Shown piece by piece: positions 62,666 to 64,000 of a DNA stretch of 64,000 bases; the first letter of the stretch is position 1; each line of letters starts with the position of its first letter. The position numbers and the translations under genes were made by a program. Location of the stretch: the NCBI GenBank assembly GCA_903865775.1, contig CAIPKZ010000419.1:3678-67677 (forward strand). Direction: 5' to 3'. The stretch is from an uncultured Prolixibacteraceae bacterium. GTDB taxonomy: Bacteria > Bacteroidota > Bacteroidia > Bacteroidales > Prolixibacteraceae. The notes beneath the pieces are model-generated. The model saw only the letters and a list, made by a program, of their open reading frames with translations. It was not told the origin of the DNA and did not search any database.

Positions 62666-62790
62666 TTCATGATACAATATTCAAAGCTTTCGGGAGAAAA
62701 AGCTTGGAGTAACCAACACCATTTTTTAATCGGTTATTTCAGCAGTTTTGCGTATTGTAATTGTTTTGAAACCATTCAAAATTATTACAT

Positions 62791-63747
62791 ATGAGACCAT
62801 TTTACCTGGCAATTACTGCCTTATTTTTTACTATTACTACTAATGCACAATCAGTTGCCAAGTTCGACGATCTCACTCTGGCTCCGGAGAGTTTCTGGAA
62901 TGGATCCGATGAATCCGGAAGTTTTAAAAGTTCTGATGTCACTTTCTTAAACTTGTATAATACATCCTGGCAAAGCTGGAGCGGTTTTGCTTTTTCAAAC
63001 ACGACTGATATTACCACTGCAGGATATGGAAATCAGTATAGTGCCATTACCGGAAAAGGATTTGATCAAAGTGCCAATTACGCAGTATGTTATCCATCTC
63101 CTTCAGCCGAACTTGGAATTACTCTGCCAGGCAAAATTAGCGGATTCTACGTCACAAACTCTACCTACGCCTATTTGTCGATGAAAAACGGCGATGCATT
63201 TGCCAAAAAATTTGGTGGAGAAGCCGGAAACGATCCCGATTATTTCAAACTTATGATTGAAACAACAGATGCTAATGGACAATCCGTGGATACACTTGAT
63301 TTCTATCTGGCAGACTTCCGTTCAGCCGACAATTCAAAAGATTATATCCTTAACAATTGGACCTGGGTTGATTTGAGTGAAATGAAATTAACAGGAAACC
63401 TTCGCTTCAGCCTGAGCTCGAGTGACAATAGTTTTGGCTTTATGAATACTCCCGGATATTTCTGCATGGATGACTTAAAATATACGGTAATGGTTTCTGC
63501 TCCTGAAGTTCGGCAAATTCAGGCCGCAGTTTTCCCAAATCCATTTGTTGATGGCATAACAATTTCAGGATTAAAAGGAATGGCCAGAGTGAATATTTAT
63601 GACGCGTCAGGCAGGAAAGTTGCAGAATACTGCAACATTTCGAACAACCAGAAGATTAACAATTTGGAAGGTTTGAATTCCGGAGTTTATTTTGTTCAGA
63701 TTTCCGAAGGTAAGAGTCAGTTTACCAGTAAGTTGATCAAAAATTAG
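62791..63747 (+). CDS. DUF4465-like (putative B12-binding) protein with T9SS C-terminal domain
   Basis: WSGFAFSN, GFYVTNSTYAY, FYLADFR, WTWVD and PGYFCMDD motifs; signal peptide without lipobox; VFPNPF...GVYFVQI CTD. Confidence 0.8.
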   Translation: MRPFYLAITALFFTITTNAQSVAKFDDLTLAPESFWNGSDESGSFKSSDVTFLNLYNTSWQSWSGFAFSNTTDITTAGYGNQYSAITGKGFDQSANYAVCYPSPSAELGITLPGKISGFYVTNSTYAYLSMKNGDAFAKKFGGEAGNDPDYFKLMIETTDANGQSVDTLDFYLADFRSADNSKDYILNNWTWVDLSEMKLTGNLRFSLSSSDNSFGFMNTPGYFCMDDLKYTVMVSAPEVRQIQAAVFPNPFVDGITISGLKGMARVNIYDASGRKVAEYCNISNNQKINNLEGLNSGVYFVQISEGKSQFTSKLIKN

Positions 63748-63926
63748 TAATCTGACTATTCCGCACTTCAGCCATTTAACATCAGAAACTCTTTTGACTG
63801 TTTAAACCAAACCCTGTTTCTGATGTTATCCTTAATAATTCAAGCGGAAAACGCGGATCCTATTTTTATTATCCGCGAATTTTATTTCTTTGTACGATTA
63901 TAAAAAAACAATTAAAACAAAAGTTT

Positions 63927-64000
63927 ATGAAAATTGGAAAAAACAAAATGGTTTCCCTAACATACGATCTGCACTATGATGATGCTCAGGGAGAAATGAT
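63927..64000 (+). CDS. slyD: FKBP-type peptidyl-prolyl isomerase (SlyD-like), 3'-truncated by the window edge
   Basis: MKIGKNKMVSLTYDLHYDDAQGEM matches the SlyD-type N-terminus. Confidence 0.7.
   Translation, partial: MKIGKNKMVSLTYDLHYDDAQGEM

Noticed and set aside
62427-62666. 79-aa minus-strand ORF (and the 67-aa ORF at 62591-62794)
   Set aside because: These are shadow translations of the cobalamin riboswitch.

Overview
Chromosomal window from a Bacteroidota bacterium, probably Prolixibacteraceae/Marinilabiliales-like (inferred from T9SS cargo, TAnnTTTG promoters and gene content). It is mostly housekeeping: secA, lgt, pyrK-pyrD, E2/E1 2-oxoacid dehydrogenase, mgsA, gyrA, clpC, fabG, mnmE. 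It also holds a methionine operon, a vWA gene with four paralogous TPR lipoproteins, three toxin-antitoxin modules, an SOS mutagenesis cluster (LexA-like, dinB, dnaE2, SRAP) and a cobalamin riboswitch in front of a T9SS-type DUF4465 protein. The strongest novel candidate is the met operon. It has no recognisable SAM riboswitch but is preceded by an unannotated 31-codon Met-rich leader ORF overlapping a 19-bp hairpin plus U-tract, i.e. a possible Met-sensing ribosomal attenuator. Its first gene is an aspartokinase homolog with substituted catalytic motifs but intact ACT domains. Other hidden signals are an amber-interrupted YafQ toxin, clustered palindromic operator candidates, two sub-60-aa ORFs and several REP/MITE-like elements. 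All family assignments come from motif recognition by eye, not from database searches. No tRNA, rRNA or CRISPR array was seen.
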